Source of the DNA: a virus
Length of the DNA stretch: 64,000 bases
Strand: one strand, 5' to 3'
Virus record (IMG/VR): IMGVR_UViG_3300050821_003452
Location: 12,590-76,589 of that record
Shown: positions 9,063 to 17,584 of the stretch, piece by piece
Numbering within the stretch: the first letter of the stretch is position 1
Layout of the letters: each line of letters opens with the position of its first letter
Program-made: the position numbers and the translations under genes
Notes under the pieces: generated by a model
Seen by the model: only the letters and a program-made list of their open reading frames with translations
Told to the model about the DNA's origin: nothing
Database searches by the model: none

Positions 9063-9120
9063 CTTTATCCCTCCATAATTGCTTAACACAGTCCCCCGTA
9101 AGGGACTGGCCTTAAGCAAT
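9063..9120 (-). promoter_or_regulatory. Intergenic stem-loop element E0 (variant lacking the alternative strand)
   Basis: TGA ATTGCTTAA GGC CAGTCCCT TACG GGGGACTG TG TTAAGCAAT ...GGAGGG...ATG. Confidence 0.6.
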
Positions 9121-9201
9121 TCAGAATGGCGCCGTGATGTATCCGGCTATGTAGCCAGCGCAGAATAACTCCACGCAGAAAACCAGACGGAAAAATATCA
9201 T
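9121..9201 (-). CDS. 26-aa hydrophobic peptide
   Basis: TAATG coupling to the 9201 ORF; MIFFRLVFCVELFCAGYIAGYITAPF. Confidence 0.45.
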   Translation of the reverse strand: MIFFRLVFCVELFCAGYIAGYITAPF

Positions 9202-9608
9202 TAATGCACCGTATGGCCGGCGTGGCCATCCTCTTCGTTATGGTCCGGATCACCGCACTTGCCGAAAGCCGCTTTGGCCAAATCGGAAAGCTCGTCCGGA
9301 TCGGTTTCGGCCTGAGCCATACAGGCCAGCATGAAGGGAATATAAGCCTCTTCAGGCACGCCAATGGCTTTCAGCACTTCATGGGATTTATCTACACCCC
9401 ACTTGGCATGTTCCCCAAGTTTGTGATGCTTGTGGAAATGCTCGGCCTTTTCATGCAGAAACGGCACGATGCAAAGATATTTTGCAAGAGCCTTTTCAGC
9501 ATCGTCGCCGGGGAAAACAGCAAGAAGGTGTTCTTTCTCAAGGACAACACCGTTGACCTTGAATTCCTTCTCGGTTTCCTCGACCTTGATCTTGATCATT
9601 CCAAACAT
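9201..9608 (-). CDS. Hypothetical His-rich protein
   Basis: 135 aa, AGAGGGAA RBS. Confidence 0.7.
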   Translation of the reverse strand: MFGMIKIKVEETEKEFKVNGVVLEKEHLLAVFPGDDAEKALAKYLCIVPFLHEKAEHFHKHHKLGEHAKWGVDKSHEVLKAIGVPEEAYIPFMLACMAQAETDPDELSDLAKAAFGKCGDPDHNEEDGHAGHTVH

Positions 9609-9680
9609 GATTTCCCTCTCTCGATTGAAGCATAAGCGCTTCGTGCTGCGCTATGGACTAGCGTAGGACGAAAGGCTTGC
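9609..9680 (-). promoter_or_regulatory. Bistable intergenic RNA element E1 (partly decayed)
   Basis: CCTTTCG TC CTACGCTAG TCCA TAGCGCAG CA CGAAGCG CTTAT GCTTC ..GAGAGAGGGAAATC ATG. Confidence 0.6.
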
Positions 9681-9710
9681 TTATATTTACACCCAAATTG
9701 GGGAAAATCT

Positions 9711-10268
9711 ATGTCTAAGACGTGCTCACGATGTTCTCAAACGAAACTACTGACGGAGTTTTATGCCCGTGGATCATGGTGCAGGACTTGCAACAAGACT
9801 ATATGCAAAGCGTACTATGAAGCTCGGAAGCGACGGAATGGGAAGCTGGTAAGGCCGCGCAATCCGATCATTAATGGTCTCAAAAATTGTCGCCAGTGTA
9901 ATACTGTAAAGCTCATATCAGAATTTTGGAAACACGGTAAATTTCCCGGCGCGTACTGTAAGATTTGCGCTAGTGAGGCAGGTAAGGCGTGGTATAAAGA
10001 GAATAAGCGTAAGGATAAGGATTGGAAACTGCGTCGCACTTACGGCCTCACCATTGATCAGTACGAACAAATATTGGCTCGACAGAATTATAAATGTGCT
10101 ATTTGCAAAGTTTCTAATCCGAAAGGTCGGAATGGCTTCAACGTAGATCATTGTCACGAAACTAGTAAAATTCGCGGTTTACTTTGTTCCAATTGTAACA
10201 TTGGAATAGGAAATCTTCAACACGACCCGGATATTCTCCGGGCCGCATTGAAGTATCTCGAAGTCTAG
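9711..10268 (+). CDS. Endonuclease VII-like HNH (putative homing endonuclease)
   Basis: YGLT..QYE.....Q...CAIC...VDHCH.T.KIRGLLCSNCN.GIG; antisense to the surrounding operon. Confidence 0.9.
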   Translation: MSKTCSRCSQTKLLTEFYARGSWCRTCNKTICKAYYEARKRRNGKLVRPRNPIINGLKNCRQCNTVKLISEFWKHGKFPGAYCKICASEAGKAWYKENKRKDKDWKLRRTYGLTIDQYEQILARQNYKCAICKVSNPKGRNGFNVDHCHETSKIRGLLCSNCNIGIGNLQHDPDILRAALKYLEV

Positions 10269-11431
10269 TAATCAACCGTTCGCCCAAAGGGCGCGCGGAG
10301 CTTGTTGTGGGCAGCGAAGTTCACAAATACGACGGGAAAGGGCGGTTCCTTGCCAAAGGAACCCGTCTCTAAATCTGTGAAAAAGATCATGCCAACTGAT
10401 CCGGCATATTCTTCGTTCACAAGCTTCATGAGACTTTCAAAGTGCGTCCCTCCGCCCCCGCGAGGCTTCCATTCAATGACACCCTGCGAGTTGGTTACGA
10501 CCGAAATTGACTTCGGTTCAGTGTCCACGGCAATAAGCGTGGCTTGGTTGATAATATTCTCGTCCAAAACCGCTGACGCCTCTGTCTTCATGGCTTTCAA
10601 CATATCATCACTCACAGAGCCAGATACGTCAAATACCAACAGAAGATTGTAGATATTGTCATCGGCATAACCCGGCATAATCGGGTCCTGCCTACGACGA
10701 TTTACGCGGGTCCAAGAACGACTTTCGCGTGATTTGGCATCGCGCGACATATCCCGGATAATATCCCGCCAATTCAGTTTCTCGACTGGCAATAATTCTT
10801 CTACCAATCGCTGAATGTTGGCCGGCATATTGCCGGCCTTCTTGGCCTTGTCAGAGGCGTTTGCTACCGCGCGTGACCAATCCTTGGCTGCCTGATCGGC
10901 CTCTTCCTGATCTTCCGGAGAGGGGTCTTCCATGCCGCCCGGTTGGTTAGCACCGTTTTCACCATCGCTTTGGCCTTTGCCGCCGCCTTTGCCACCACCA
11001 CCTTTCTTGCTTTCCTGTTCTTCCAGAAGCTCATAAATCTCTTCCGCAGCTTTATTAGGATAAAGCCCATCGCCTTTCATTAACTCGGGATGTTGTGGAA
11101 AATACTGATGAACCAATGGCCTTACTGAAAAGTCAGTGGCTTGGTTCCACTTGTCCTTGTCGCGGGACTTCCTGCGGGGAACATGCGCCAATGCAAGGTG
11201 CATGATCACTTCAAGAATATCGCCCTCAATGTACTGATCATTTTCCTTGACGTATTCCGGATTGAAAAAGATGTTGATGCCGTTAGTCCAGATTGCGGGC
11301 CTACGGTCACTTTCTTCAAGCCGGGCATTGAACAGAAGGGACGCAAAGAAAGGATTGCGCCGCGCGATACGTTCGCGTGCCACCAATACCCGTCGCATTG
11401 CATCCGTATATTTGGTATTCCAGTTCCACAT
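10265..11431 (-). CDS. VWA-domain protein with DUF2201-like N-terminal region
   Basis: MIDAS-like FDVSGSVS, GGGGTHF, FFTDLE; NPFFASLL...WTNG..IFFNP. Confidence 0.85.
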   Translation of the reverse strand: MWNWNTKYTDAMRRVLVARERIARRNPFFASLLFNARLEESDRRPAIWTNGINIFFNPEYVKENDQYIEGDILEVIMHLALAHVPRRKSRDKDKWNQATDFSVRPLVHQYFPQHPELMKGDGLYPNKAAEEIYELLEEQESKKGGGGKGGGKGQSDGENGANQPGGMEDPSPEDQEEADQAAKDWSRAVANASDKAKKAGNMPANIQRLVEELLPVEKLNWRDIIRDMSRDAKSRESRSWTRVNRRRQDPIMPGYADDNIYNLLLVFDVSGSVSDDMLKAMKTEASAVLDENIINQATLIAVDTEPKSISVVTNSQGVIEWKPRGGGGTHFESLMKLVNEEYAGSVGMIFFTDLETGSFGKEPPFPVVFVNFAAHNKLRAPFGRTVDY

Positions 11432-11503
11432 GATTTGTTCCCTCTTTATGAAGCATGTCGCTTCGTGCTGCCCTAGATTGCTCTAGGGCAGTGTCGAAAC
11501 GTC
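11432..11503 (-). promoter_or_regulatory. Bistable intergenic RNA element E2
   Basis: TAA GA CGTTTCG ACA CTGCCCTAGA GCAA TCTAGGGCAG CA CGAAGCG ACAT GCTTC ATAAAGAGGGAA. Confidence 0.75.
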
Positions 11504-12526
11504 TTACTTCTTATCAACCGCTTCCTGTACCAAGCTCGCCAAGTCTTTGTTGGACTTGAGACTGGTATCGCGCGCCATGGCTTCGTGTGCGGCCATGGAA
11601 CGGATATCCGGAGTAAGCCGCGAAAGATACTCGGCAAACTTGGAGGCGTTCTTGAGGTCGATGTTCTTGGCCACGGCAGACGCCACAACATACTGATAGT
11701 GTGGATCAGTCGGGACCTTGGCCTTGCTCGGATTAGCCAGAATATCGCCCATCTTGGGAAGTCCCGCCGCAAGGTTATTGATGAACGTCATAAACTGACG
11801 CGAAAAGCCGTCACCAAGAATAGCCTGAGCATTGTTCTCAAGAACAGCCTTGGAGCTATCCATTGAGAGGTTTTTCAGGACCTTGTTGAAGCTTTCCAAA
11901 GACCTTGGCGTCGGAAATGCCGGATCAGTCTGCGATACCTTGTGAATATCGTCAGGCCGAAGTGTCAAATACGCGACAAGGCGCGGGTCCCAACCCCAGA
12001 TTTTCATCTTTTCGATCAAACCCGGAGCGTCGGGTTCCACACTGACATGCGCCATGCGGTTCTCAAGAGGCTTCAGCATCTTGTTATCGCCGCCGCCGTC
12101 AGTCCGGGTATTGCTTGCCAGCAAAACGCGGTTTTTGTTGGGCAACGGAAAGCCGCCCAAACCACGATCCAGCACAAGGCTATAAGCCATCTGCTGAAGC
12201 TGTACACTCGCATGTCCGAACTCGTCATAGAACATCACGTGCATATTGCCGTCTTCCTGCGGAATGAATGCAGGCCGCGTCCAATAAGTCGCACGATTGT
12301 CCTTGTCGATAATCGGCATGCCAGTGCCATCCACAATATCCTTTGTGGAAAGCCGGGTATCATGCAAGATCGAAGTGCCGTATTCTTTGACTATGGCTGG
12401 CAAGACTTCGTTCTTGATGATAGAAGACTTGCCCACACCAGTCGGGCCATAGATCATTACCGGAACATCGGCAAAGACCAAAGGCAAGACGGTATCTGCA
12501 AGCTTGGTTATTTTCACCTTAAGCAT
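11504..12526 (-). CDS. MoxR-like AAA+ ATPase
   Basis: GPTGVGKS, MFYDEF, LASN, LENR, FPTPRS; adjacent to the VWA gene. Confidence 0.88.
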   Translation of the reverse strand: MLKVKITKLADTVLPLVFADVPVMIYGPTGVGKSSIIKNEVLPAIVKEYGTSILHDTRLSTKDIVDGTGMPIIDKDNRATYWTRPAFIPQEDGNMHVMFYDEFGHASVQLQQMAYSLVLDRGLGGFPLPNKNRVLLASNTRTDGGGDNKMLKPLENRMAHVSVEPDAPGLIEKMKIWGWDPRLVAYLTLRPDDIHKVSQTDPAFPTPRSLESFNKVLKNLSMDSSKAVLENNAQAILGDGFSRQFMTFINNLAAGLPKMGDILANPSKAKVPTDPHYQYVVASAVAKNIDLKNASKFAEYLSRLTPDIRSMAAHEAMARDTSLKSNKDLASLVQEAVDKK

Positions 12527-12607
12527 GTTTGATTTTCCCTCTCGTCTGAGCAACATTGCTCACCAATGCGCTATATGGCTAGTACAGCGCATGGCGTGAA
12601 CAGTGAT
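12527..12607 (-). promoter_or_regulatory. Bistable intergenic RNA element E3
   Basis: TAA ATCAC TGTTCAC GCC ATGCGCTGTA CTAGCCA TATAGCGCAT TG GTGAGCA ATGTT GCTCA GACGAGAGGGAA. Confidence 0.75.
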
Positions 12608-12799
12608 TTACGCATACCTGCTATGCGTTATTGAGGTATCAAGACTGTATCCATGAGACCACACTTTTAGCGTTGTGCCGTCCGTAAAGGTAAGGATAAT
12701 TGTCTCGTTATTCCCGTTGGTATTGTTGGCAGTGTCCATTGCCATGTATTCGGCATGAGAAATGGTCTTGCCAACAAGCTCAAAGATATTCACTGGCAT
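12608..12799 (-). CDS. Hypothetical protein
   Basis: MPVNIFELVGKTI...ILTFTDGT. Confidence 0.6.
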   Translation of the reverse strand: MPVNIFELVGKTISHAEYMAMDTANNTNGNNETIILTFTDGTTLKVWSHGYSLDTSITHSRYA

Positions 12800-13736
12800 C
12801 TTCCACCATCGAAGTGATTTCCTTGTCCCGCAAATCAAGACTTGCGAGCGTGGCCATGACTTCGTTAGCTACTTCCAGAGCTTTTGGCTTGCCATAAGGC
12901 GCAACAGGATCGTTGAACCTTTCAGGCCTGCGGCGCCAGTAGTCTGCGCTGAAATAAGTCAACCGGCCTAAATCAGTGATGACTTTCTTGATTTGCTTGT
13001 TCTCAGTCAGATTAAGCTTCTCAAGAATTTTTTGAGTATCCCTGATATTATCGATCAAGCTATCATGAATTTTGCCAAGTAATTCGCCCGTAGAAGGCTC
13101 TACTTTGACGTTTTCAAGCTTGTCAATAAAGGCCTGCACGACTTCTCTTGCGCGCCTTACCATGTCATGAGAAGCATCAACTAGCCGTTCTTCGATTTCA
13201 GCCTCAATGGAAGCTTTCGCTTCGCTTGCTGCCTCTTTCGAAATTTCAGCCATCAAATGCCCACTATCAGGCATAGGCCAATAACTAACCTTTGCCGTGA
13301 ATAGCGCCTTAGCCTCGTCTTGGCTAGGATATTGCCGGCTATCGAATAACGGTCCTAAATCCCTTTCACTGGCTGCAACAAGTGCAGGATAGTAAAAGAT
13401 ATATTCGGAGCGCGCGTCTTCTAAATCTTTCAGCGCGGCATTTACGTCATAGCGAAAAGCCTCCAGTGTTTTCACTGGAATCAATCGCATGTTTTCATTT
13501 CCCCATGGCAGGGTATAACGGTAGACGACTTCGCGAACGCGCTGGCTTGCCGCTAATATCCTCTTGACCGTTTTATGATTGCGGTCGATCAGATAAGTAG
13601 AGGCTTGCGCACGCTTGTCAGATACATGATATGTATTCTGAACCAACGTTGAAGCTTTACTATTCTTGCGTTGGCCAAGCAATCCGCCGTTGGAAATGGT
13701 GACAGATACCAGCATTGCTTTCTTAGTGATATCCAT
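12780..13736 (-). CDS. Hypothetical helical protein upstream of the AAA/VWA pair
   Basis: 318 aa, TLPW...RLIP and LGPLFD..QYPS motifs; strong RBS. Confidence 0.75.
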   Translation of the reverse strand: MDITKKAMLVSVTISNGGLLGQRKNSKASTLVQNTYHVSDKRAQASTYLIDRNHKTVKRILAASQRVREVVYRYTLPWGNENMRLIPVKTLEAFRYDVNAALKDLEDARSEYIFYYPALVAASERDLGPLFDSRQYPSQDEAKALFTAKVSYWPMPDSGHLMAEISKEAASEAKASIEAEIEERLVDASHDMVRRAREVVQAFIDKLENVKVEPSTGELLGKIHDSLIDNIRDTQKILEKLNLTENKQIKKVITDLGRLTYFSADYWRRRPERFNDPVAPYGKPKALEVANEVMATLASLDLRDKEITSMVEDASEYL

Positions 13737-13803
13737 TTGATCCCTCTCTCTATTAGAGCTTAATGCTCTATGCTGCACTGTTGCCAGTGCAGAGGTAGAA
13801 CAT
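13737..13803 (-). promoter_or_regulatory. Bistable intergenic RNA element E4
   Basis: TGA ATGTTCTA CCT CTGCACTG GCAA CAGTGCAG CA TAGAGCAT TAA GCTCTA ATAGAGAGAGGGA. Confidence 0.8.
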
Positions 13804-14022
13804 TCAGGAGTTAAGCCAATCCTTGGCCGCTTTCATGGCTTCTTTATAATTGACTACGGCAATGGTATTGCCGGCTATCGCCGTAGGATAAATGGGTTTC
13901 CCGTTTTCGTCGCGGAAATAGATTTCCCAACCTTGACCATAATGGCGAACGCCAACGTGGCCTTTTGATCCCTCAAAACTATACCACTGGTTGGCAAGTT
14001 TCTTGCGTGCTATCTTATTCAT
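13804..14022 (-). CDS. Hypothetical protein
   Basis: 72 aa, RBS, flanked by elements. Confidence 0.7.
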   Translation of the reverse strand: MNKIARKKLANQWYSFEGSKGHVGVRHYGQGWEIYFRDENGKPIYPTAIAGNTIAVVNYKEAMKAAKDWLNS

Positions 14023-14087
14023 GTGCTTCCCTCTCTATTGAAGCTTAATGCTTCTCACTACCGCTCGTAAGCGGTAGGACAGAAACA
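14023..14087 (-). promoter_or_regulatory. Bistable intergenic RNA element E5
   Basis: TAA TGTTTCT GTC CTACCGCT TACG AGCGGTAG TG AGAAGCA TTAA GCTTC AATAGAGAGGGAA. Confidence 0.8.
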
Positions 14088-14390
14088 TTAGAGCGTGGCA
14101 GTTTTGCCTTTACTGCCGTAGAATTGCAGACTTTCTTGATCCCGCAGAATTGTCTCATATTCGACGGTATCAATTCCCGTTGCCGCCAAAAACCGGAACG
14201 TATCGAAATTGTCGTTTGTGCTTCGTAGATAGTCTGCAAACAAACGGGCAATTTCGAGGCGTTTATCAGGGCTAACGCGCGAGATAATGCCGGCGATATA
14301 TGCAAAGTGTCGATGTTGCATAAATCCGGATTTTATCACTCTTGCGCTAACCCTGTCCTTGGCTAGTGCCGATTTAGCTGATAACGGCAT
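14088..14390 (-). CDS. Hypothetical protein
   Basis: MPLSAK...RHFAYIAGII...FADYL..TN.NFD..RFLAA. Confidence 0.65.
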   Translation of the reverse strand: MPLSAKSALAKDRVSARVIKSGFMQHRHFAYIAGIISRVSPDKRLEIARLFADYLRSTNDNFDTFRFLAATGIDTVEYETILRDQESLQFYGSKGKTATL

Positions 14391-14580
14391 TTTTCTTTGC
14401 CTTTCTATAAGCCACAATGGCTGCATAAATCTTTTGCTCAGGTTCATGCGTCATTTCAGCGATGTTCTTGACGGTTTCATGTAACGCAAGGGCAATGCCT
14501 TTGTTTCTGCCAAGCCTAAACGAGGCATAAACGCCAAGGCCATAAACTAGGCCGATCATGAGATAATTTTCTATTGCCAT
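14374..14580 (-). CDS. Small membrane protein
   Basis: N-terminal TM segment, AGAGGGAA RBS. Confidence 0.6.
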   Translation of the reverse strand: MAIENYLMIGLVYGLGVYASFRLGRNKGIALALHETVKNIAEMTHEPEQKIYAAIVAYRKAKKNAVIS

Positions 14581-14588
14581 GGTTCCCT

Positions 14589-14795
14589 CTATTCGTCGTT
14601 TGGAGTTTCGATTAAATCTGGCAAATCGGGCGGAATAGCTGCGGCAATTTCAAGTTTGCCTAACAGCCAGTCCCAATATCCAAGGCGCGTATTGTCCTCA
14701 GATACGTCCCGCTGCCAGTCGGCAACCGGAAATTTATCGTTCTCTTTCCAGATGCCGCCGTGTTCGTCTGCCAGCAAATAAGCTTCCGGGGACAT
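14589..14795 (-). CDS. Hypothetical protein
   Basis: FPVADWQ..V....TRLGYWDW; TAATG coupling. Confidence 0.65.
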   Translation of the reverse strand: MSPEAYLLADEHGGIWKENDKFPVADWQRDVSEDNTRLGYWDWLLGKLEIAAAIPPDLPDLIETPNDE

Positions 14796-15052
14796 TATTT
14801 TGCCCTCTTGTTATCTGCCCGATAACCTTTTCGGTTATAAGCATATGAAGCTTTCGGCGCAGTGAAAGTCACAACCTTAGGCGTAGGCTGCCCGACATGC
14901 TGGCGCGCGTCTTTAAGTGTCTTATGCGCGACAATCTGCGAGGCATCGCCAATGCTGCTTTCCCGCACGGTTTGATACCGCACTGTTTCGCCGCGAATAT
15001 TGGAAACCTTTTGGATTGCATGACCGTTGTAACGGTCGATTGTTCTTAACAT
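14795..15052 (-). CDS. Hypothetical protein
   Basis: 85 aa, strong RBS. Confidence 0.65.
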   Translation of the reverse strand: MLRTIDRYNGHAIQKVSNIRGETVRYQTVRESSIGDASQIVAHKTLKDARQHVGQPTPKVVTFTAPKASYAYNRKGYRADNKRAK

Positions 15053-15126
15053 GGTTATTCCCTCTCTCTATGGTGAAGCAAAATGCTTCGCAATGTAGTA
15101 GGATTAGCTACTACATGCCGAAACAT
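15053..15126 (-). promoter_or_regulatory. Bistable intergenic RNA element E6
   Basis: TGA ATGTTTCG GC ATGTAGTAG CTAATC CTACTACAT TG CGAAGCAT TTT GCTTC ACCATAGAGAGAGGGAA. Confidence 0.8.
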
Positions 15127-15519
15127 TCAAGCGTTGGCAAATTCAATCCAGTCCGATACATTGGGCGCGTATTCGTGATGATAGTCGAAATTGAAATTAT
15201 CTAATTCCGCCTCAGGAATAAGATAATCTGCGATATTATCACGCCAAGCTATTTCGTAATCATCCCATTTGCGAGAGATTAAATATTCCAGATGCCTGTT
15301 ATTGTCCCAAGCCTCATTCCATGTTCGGTCCCTCCATCCGCCGCGCTTGATAACCATCATTTCCGAATAAACCATGCTGGCATTATTTGCCCAGTTTCGG
15401 GAATACGGATTGCCAACCATAGGCAAGGGATGCTTGTATTTGCCAAGCCGTGATGGCATTGTCAGGCCGGTTTTGAATTTATACGGCCAAGCTTGAAAGC
15501 CTGCTTTCTTCTTTGCCAT
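15127..15519 (-). CDS. Hypothetical protein
   Basis: MAKKKAGFQAW start after RBS. Confidence 0.65.
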   Translation of the reverse strand: MAKKKAGFQAWPYKFKTGLTMPSRLGKYKHPLPMVGNPYSRNWANNASMVYSEMMVIKRGGWRDRTWNEAWDNNRHLEYLISRKWDDYEIAWRDNIADYLIPEAELDNFNFDYHHEYAPNVSDWIEFANA

Positions 15520-15587
15520 GATATTTTCCCTCTCAATGAAGCTTGAGTGCTTCCCAATGCGGCGCGAACGCCGCACGGCGGAAACAT
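15520..15587 (-). promoter_or_regulatory. Bistable intergenic RNA element E7
   Basis: TGA ATGTTTCC GCCG TGCGGCG TTCG CGCCGCA TTG GGAAGCAC TCAA GCTTC ATTGAGAGGGAA. Confidence 0.8.
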
Positions 15588-15698
15588 TCATTTGGCTTTG
15601 TAAGTGATTTGCACATTTTGACCGATAAGCCAGTGTCCAATTCGCAAAAATTGGACCCCTAGCCAAATACGGTAATTGCGCTTAAGCCAGATATTCAT
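15588..15698 (-). CDS. 36-aa peptide
   Basis: ATGA overlap with the upstream gene; stop abuts E7; MNIWLKRNYRIWLGVQFLRIGHWLIGQ... Confidence 0.5.
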   Translation of the reverse strand: MNIWLKRNYRIWLGVQFLRIGHWLIGQNVQITYKAK

Positions 15699-15865
15699 GG
15701 GCGCATAATTTCGAAGTGCCGATAACCTTCGCGCCAGCGCCGTGCTTTCCAAGTGAGTGGATTGTACGGATTGGCGTGAATTGAATATCCCTTGCCGGCC
15801 ATAACGAAACCTGTTTCGAAAGCTTCGTCGCGACCTGCGATGGCTGTTGCTAGACTGTAGATCAT
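15695..15865 (-). CDS. Small protein (AF..G...NPY...W..G motif)
   Basis: MIYSLATA start after RBS. Confidence 0.6.
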   Translation of the reverse strand: MIYSLATAIAGRDEAFETGFVMAGKGYSIHANPYNPLTWKARRWREGYRHFEIMRP

Positions 15866-15937
15866 GATATTTTCCCTCTCGATATAGAGCACAATGCTCT
15901 AGACTGTGCTGGAATAACCAGCACAGGGTTAGAACAT
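15866..15937 (-). promoter_or_regulatory. Bistable intergenic RNA element E8
   Basis: TAA ATGTTCTA ACC CTGTGCTGG TTATT CCAGCACAG TC TAGAGCAT TGT GCTCTA TATCGAGAGGGAA. Confidence 0.8.
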
Positions 15938-16000
15938 TTATCGCCGTTTATGCTTGGCAAATAACGACTGGGAGGCGAAAAACCTGAAAACATATTTCAT
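15938..16000 (-). CDS. Possible 20-aa peptide
   Basis: MKYVFRFFASQSLFAKHKRR; stop abuts E8. Confidence 0.35.
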   Translation of the reverse strand: MKYVFRFFASQSLFAKHKRR

Positions 16001-16004
16001 GGTT

Positions 16005-16226
16005 TTATGCCCAATGGTCGATATTAGTGACCCACATATTGCGCGGCGAAGTCTCGCCCTTGCGGCGATATAACTTGACGTTATATGGCCGGCCGTCATC
16101 GTGGAAAAATTCGAAGATATCGAATGTATTCACCGATTTCGGGATAGGACCATGCAACGGGACAAGCGGCATGCTCCAATCGGTATTTGCGGGGCGATCC
16201 TGATCATATTCGCTTTGCTCTGACAT
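16005..16226 (-). CDS. Hypothetical protein
   Basis: 73 aa, AGAGGGAA RBS. Confidence 0.6.
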   Translation of the reverse strand: MSEQSEYDQDRPANTDWSMPLVPLHGPIPKSVNTFDIFEFFHDDGRPYNVKLYRRKGETSPRNMWVTNIDHWA

Positions 16227-16298
16227 GAATATTTCCCTCTATTTAGAGCGTCCTAAATGGACTAACCCGCTAGGTGTTCTAATACCTAGCGGAATAAA

Positions 16299-16574
16299 TT
16301 AAGCAGCAACCATTTCGCGATAATTCGCGGCGGTTTTGAACGCTTGTGCCGTGGCGCGCATGTAATTTTTGTACACACTCGGCATAACTAGTTCCGCAAT
16401 CTGCCAGTGATAGTCGGCATAATGCGCAACGCGTTCTTGGTAGGCTTCCCAAGCTGGAATGCGGATGCTTTCATAAACATCCTGTTGAGCGGGCGAAAGC
16501 AAATCGGCGGCCAACTCGCCCCAATTTACTTCTGCCAAGTCATCCAGCGCCAAGGCTTCAGAAAGTGTAAGCAT
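16299..16574 (-). CDS. Hypothetical protein, first gene of the leftward operon
   Basis: 91 aa, AGAGGGAA RBS. Confidence 0.65.
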   Translation of the reverse strand: MLTLSEALALDDLAEVNWGELAADLLSPAQQDVYESIRIPAWEAYQERVAHYADYHWQIAELVMPSVYKNYMRATAQAFKTAANYREMVAA

Positions 16575-17332
16575 GGAATGTTCCCTCTATTGATTGACCG
16601 TAAATGGTCTAACAGCCGTCGAGGGATAGCCTTTCAACCCTAGAAAGCCTTGTGGGCGATCAGGCGGAATAGGCTATCCCCCTAGGCCAAACGTAAGAAA
16701 ACCTCCCAGCGGGCTTTGTAAGCCGTTTGAGGGGCATTCTAGAAAGGGAAAGGGTGCAGTCTTTAAGACTGCTATCATGCTAAGATGCAATGCTTTGATT
16801 TTTATCCCCTAATCAACACTCTCGACCGTTCACGGCTTGCTAGGGTTTATTCGTGGAATTACCAAATGCGCGCGATGGCGTTCTTTTGGATTTGCCCGAT
16901 ACCTACTGATTAGAGGGGATAGCGCGGTTTTTCCCTTAGGTTACCCTCTGATTGCGTCCCCGCGCTGTTTCCGGACCTTGATCCGGGCTTTGGGTTGGCT
17001 GGCACTGTAAGGTGCCTCATACTCTCGCCTAAGCTAACTGTCACCGTTGGCTTGCCGTCTTATGATCCTAGAGCGCTCCGTAGTCGGGAAGCACGTTAAC
17101 GGTTTCTAGCTTGGCAATGGAACCGGGCAATTTATGAAGTCTTGCCAAGACTTGGCTAGGGCTTGATCGGCCTAGCGAGTGAAGTGGGTTGGTATGTGAT
17201 CTCCTAGTGAATTAAACTAAGGCAAGACATACTCTCTTGCCAGCCATTGAGAAGTCATGGAAATGCATGGCTGCTATGCAAAAACGCATAACCTGCTATA
17301 ATCGACGCGTCGAATATGGAGTGGGCAGGGAC

Positions 17333-17584
17333 ATGAATATCACGGTTGATATTGGGCAAATCCTTATGGGAATTGCACAATTGGTTACGGTTGGATTATT
17401 GGTTCGCAACATGAAAGCCGGCAGAAGGCGCGACAAGGCAATCGAGGAAATACATCTTGCTACTAACAGCATGAAAGACGCGCTGGTGTCGGCCACAGAA
17501 AAGGAAAGCTTCGCGCGTGGCGTCAGGTCTGGCGAGTTGTCATCGATGAATATCAACCATCGGAAGGCTGATGATAAAGGGTAA
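17333..17584 (+). CDS. Small membrane protein (1 TM; holin-like role possible)
   Basis: IGQILMGIAQLVTVGLLV; GCTATAAT -10-like box upstream. Confidence 0.55.
   Translation: MNITVDIGQILMGIAQLVTVGLLVRNMKAGRRRDKAIEEIHLATNSMKDALVSATEKESFARGVRSGELSSMNINHRKADDKG

Noticed and set aside
9609-15937. Intergenic elements as integron attC sites or a CRISPR-like array
   Set aside because: No RYYYAAC/GTTRRRY cores, no integrase or cas genes in the window, no identical repeats; the conserved G.U pair points to RNA-level function.
9609-15937. Intergenic hairpins as simple intrinsic terminators
   Set aside because: No U-tract follows them on the coding strand, and a terminator would not explain the a/b/a' covariation.
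16227-16650. Two further copies of the RNA element upstream of 16226 and 16574
   Set aside because: They have the RBS and short GTCC/GGAC or GACC/GGTC hairpins but lack the a:b outer stem; too degenerate to count.
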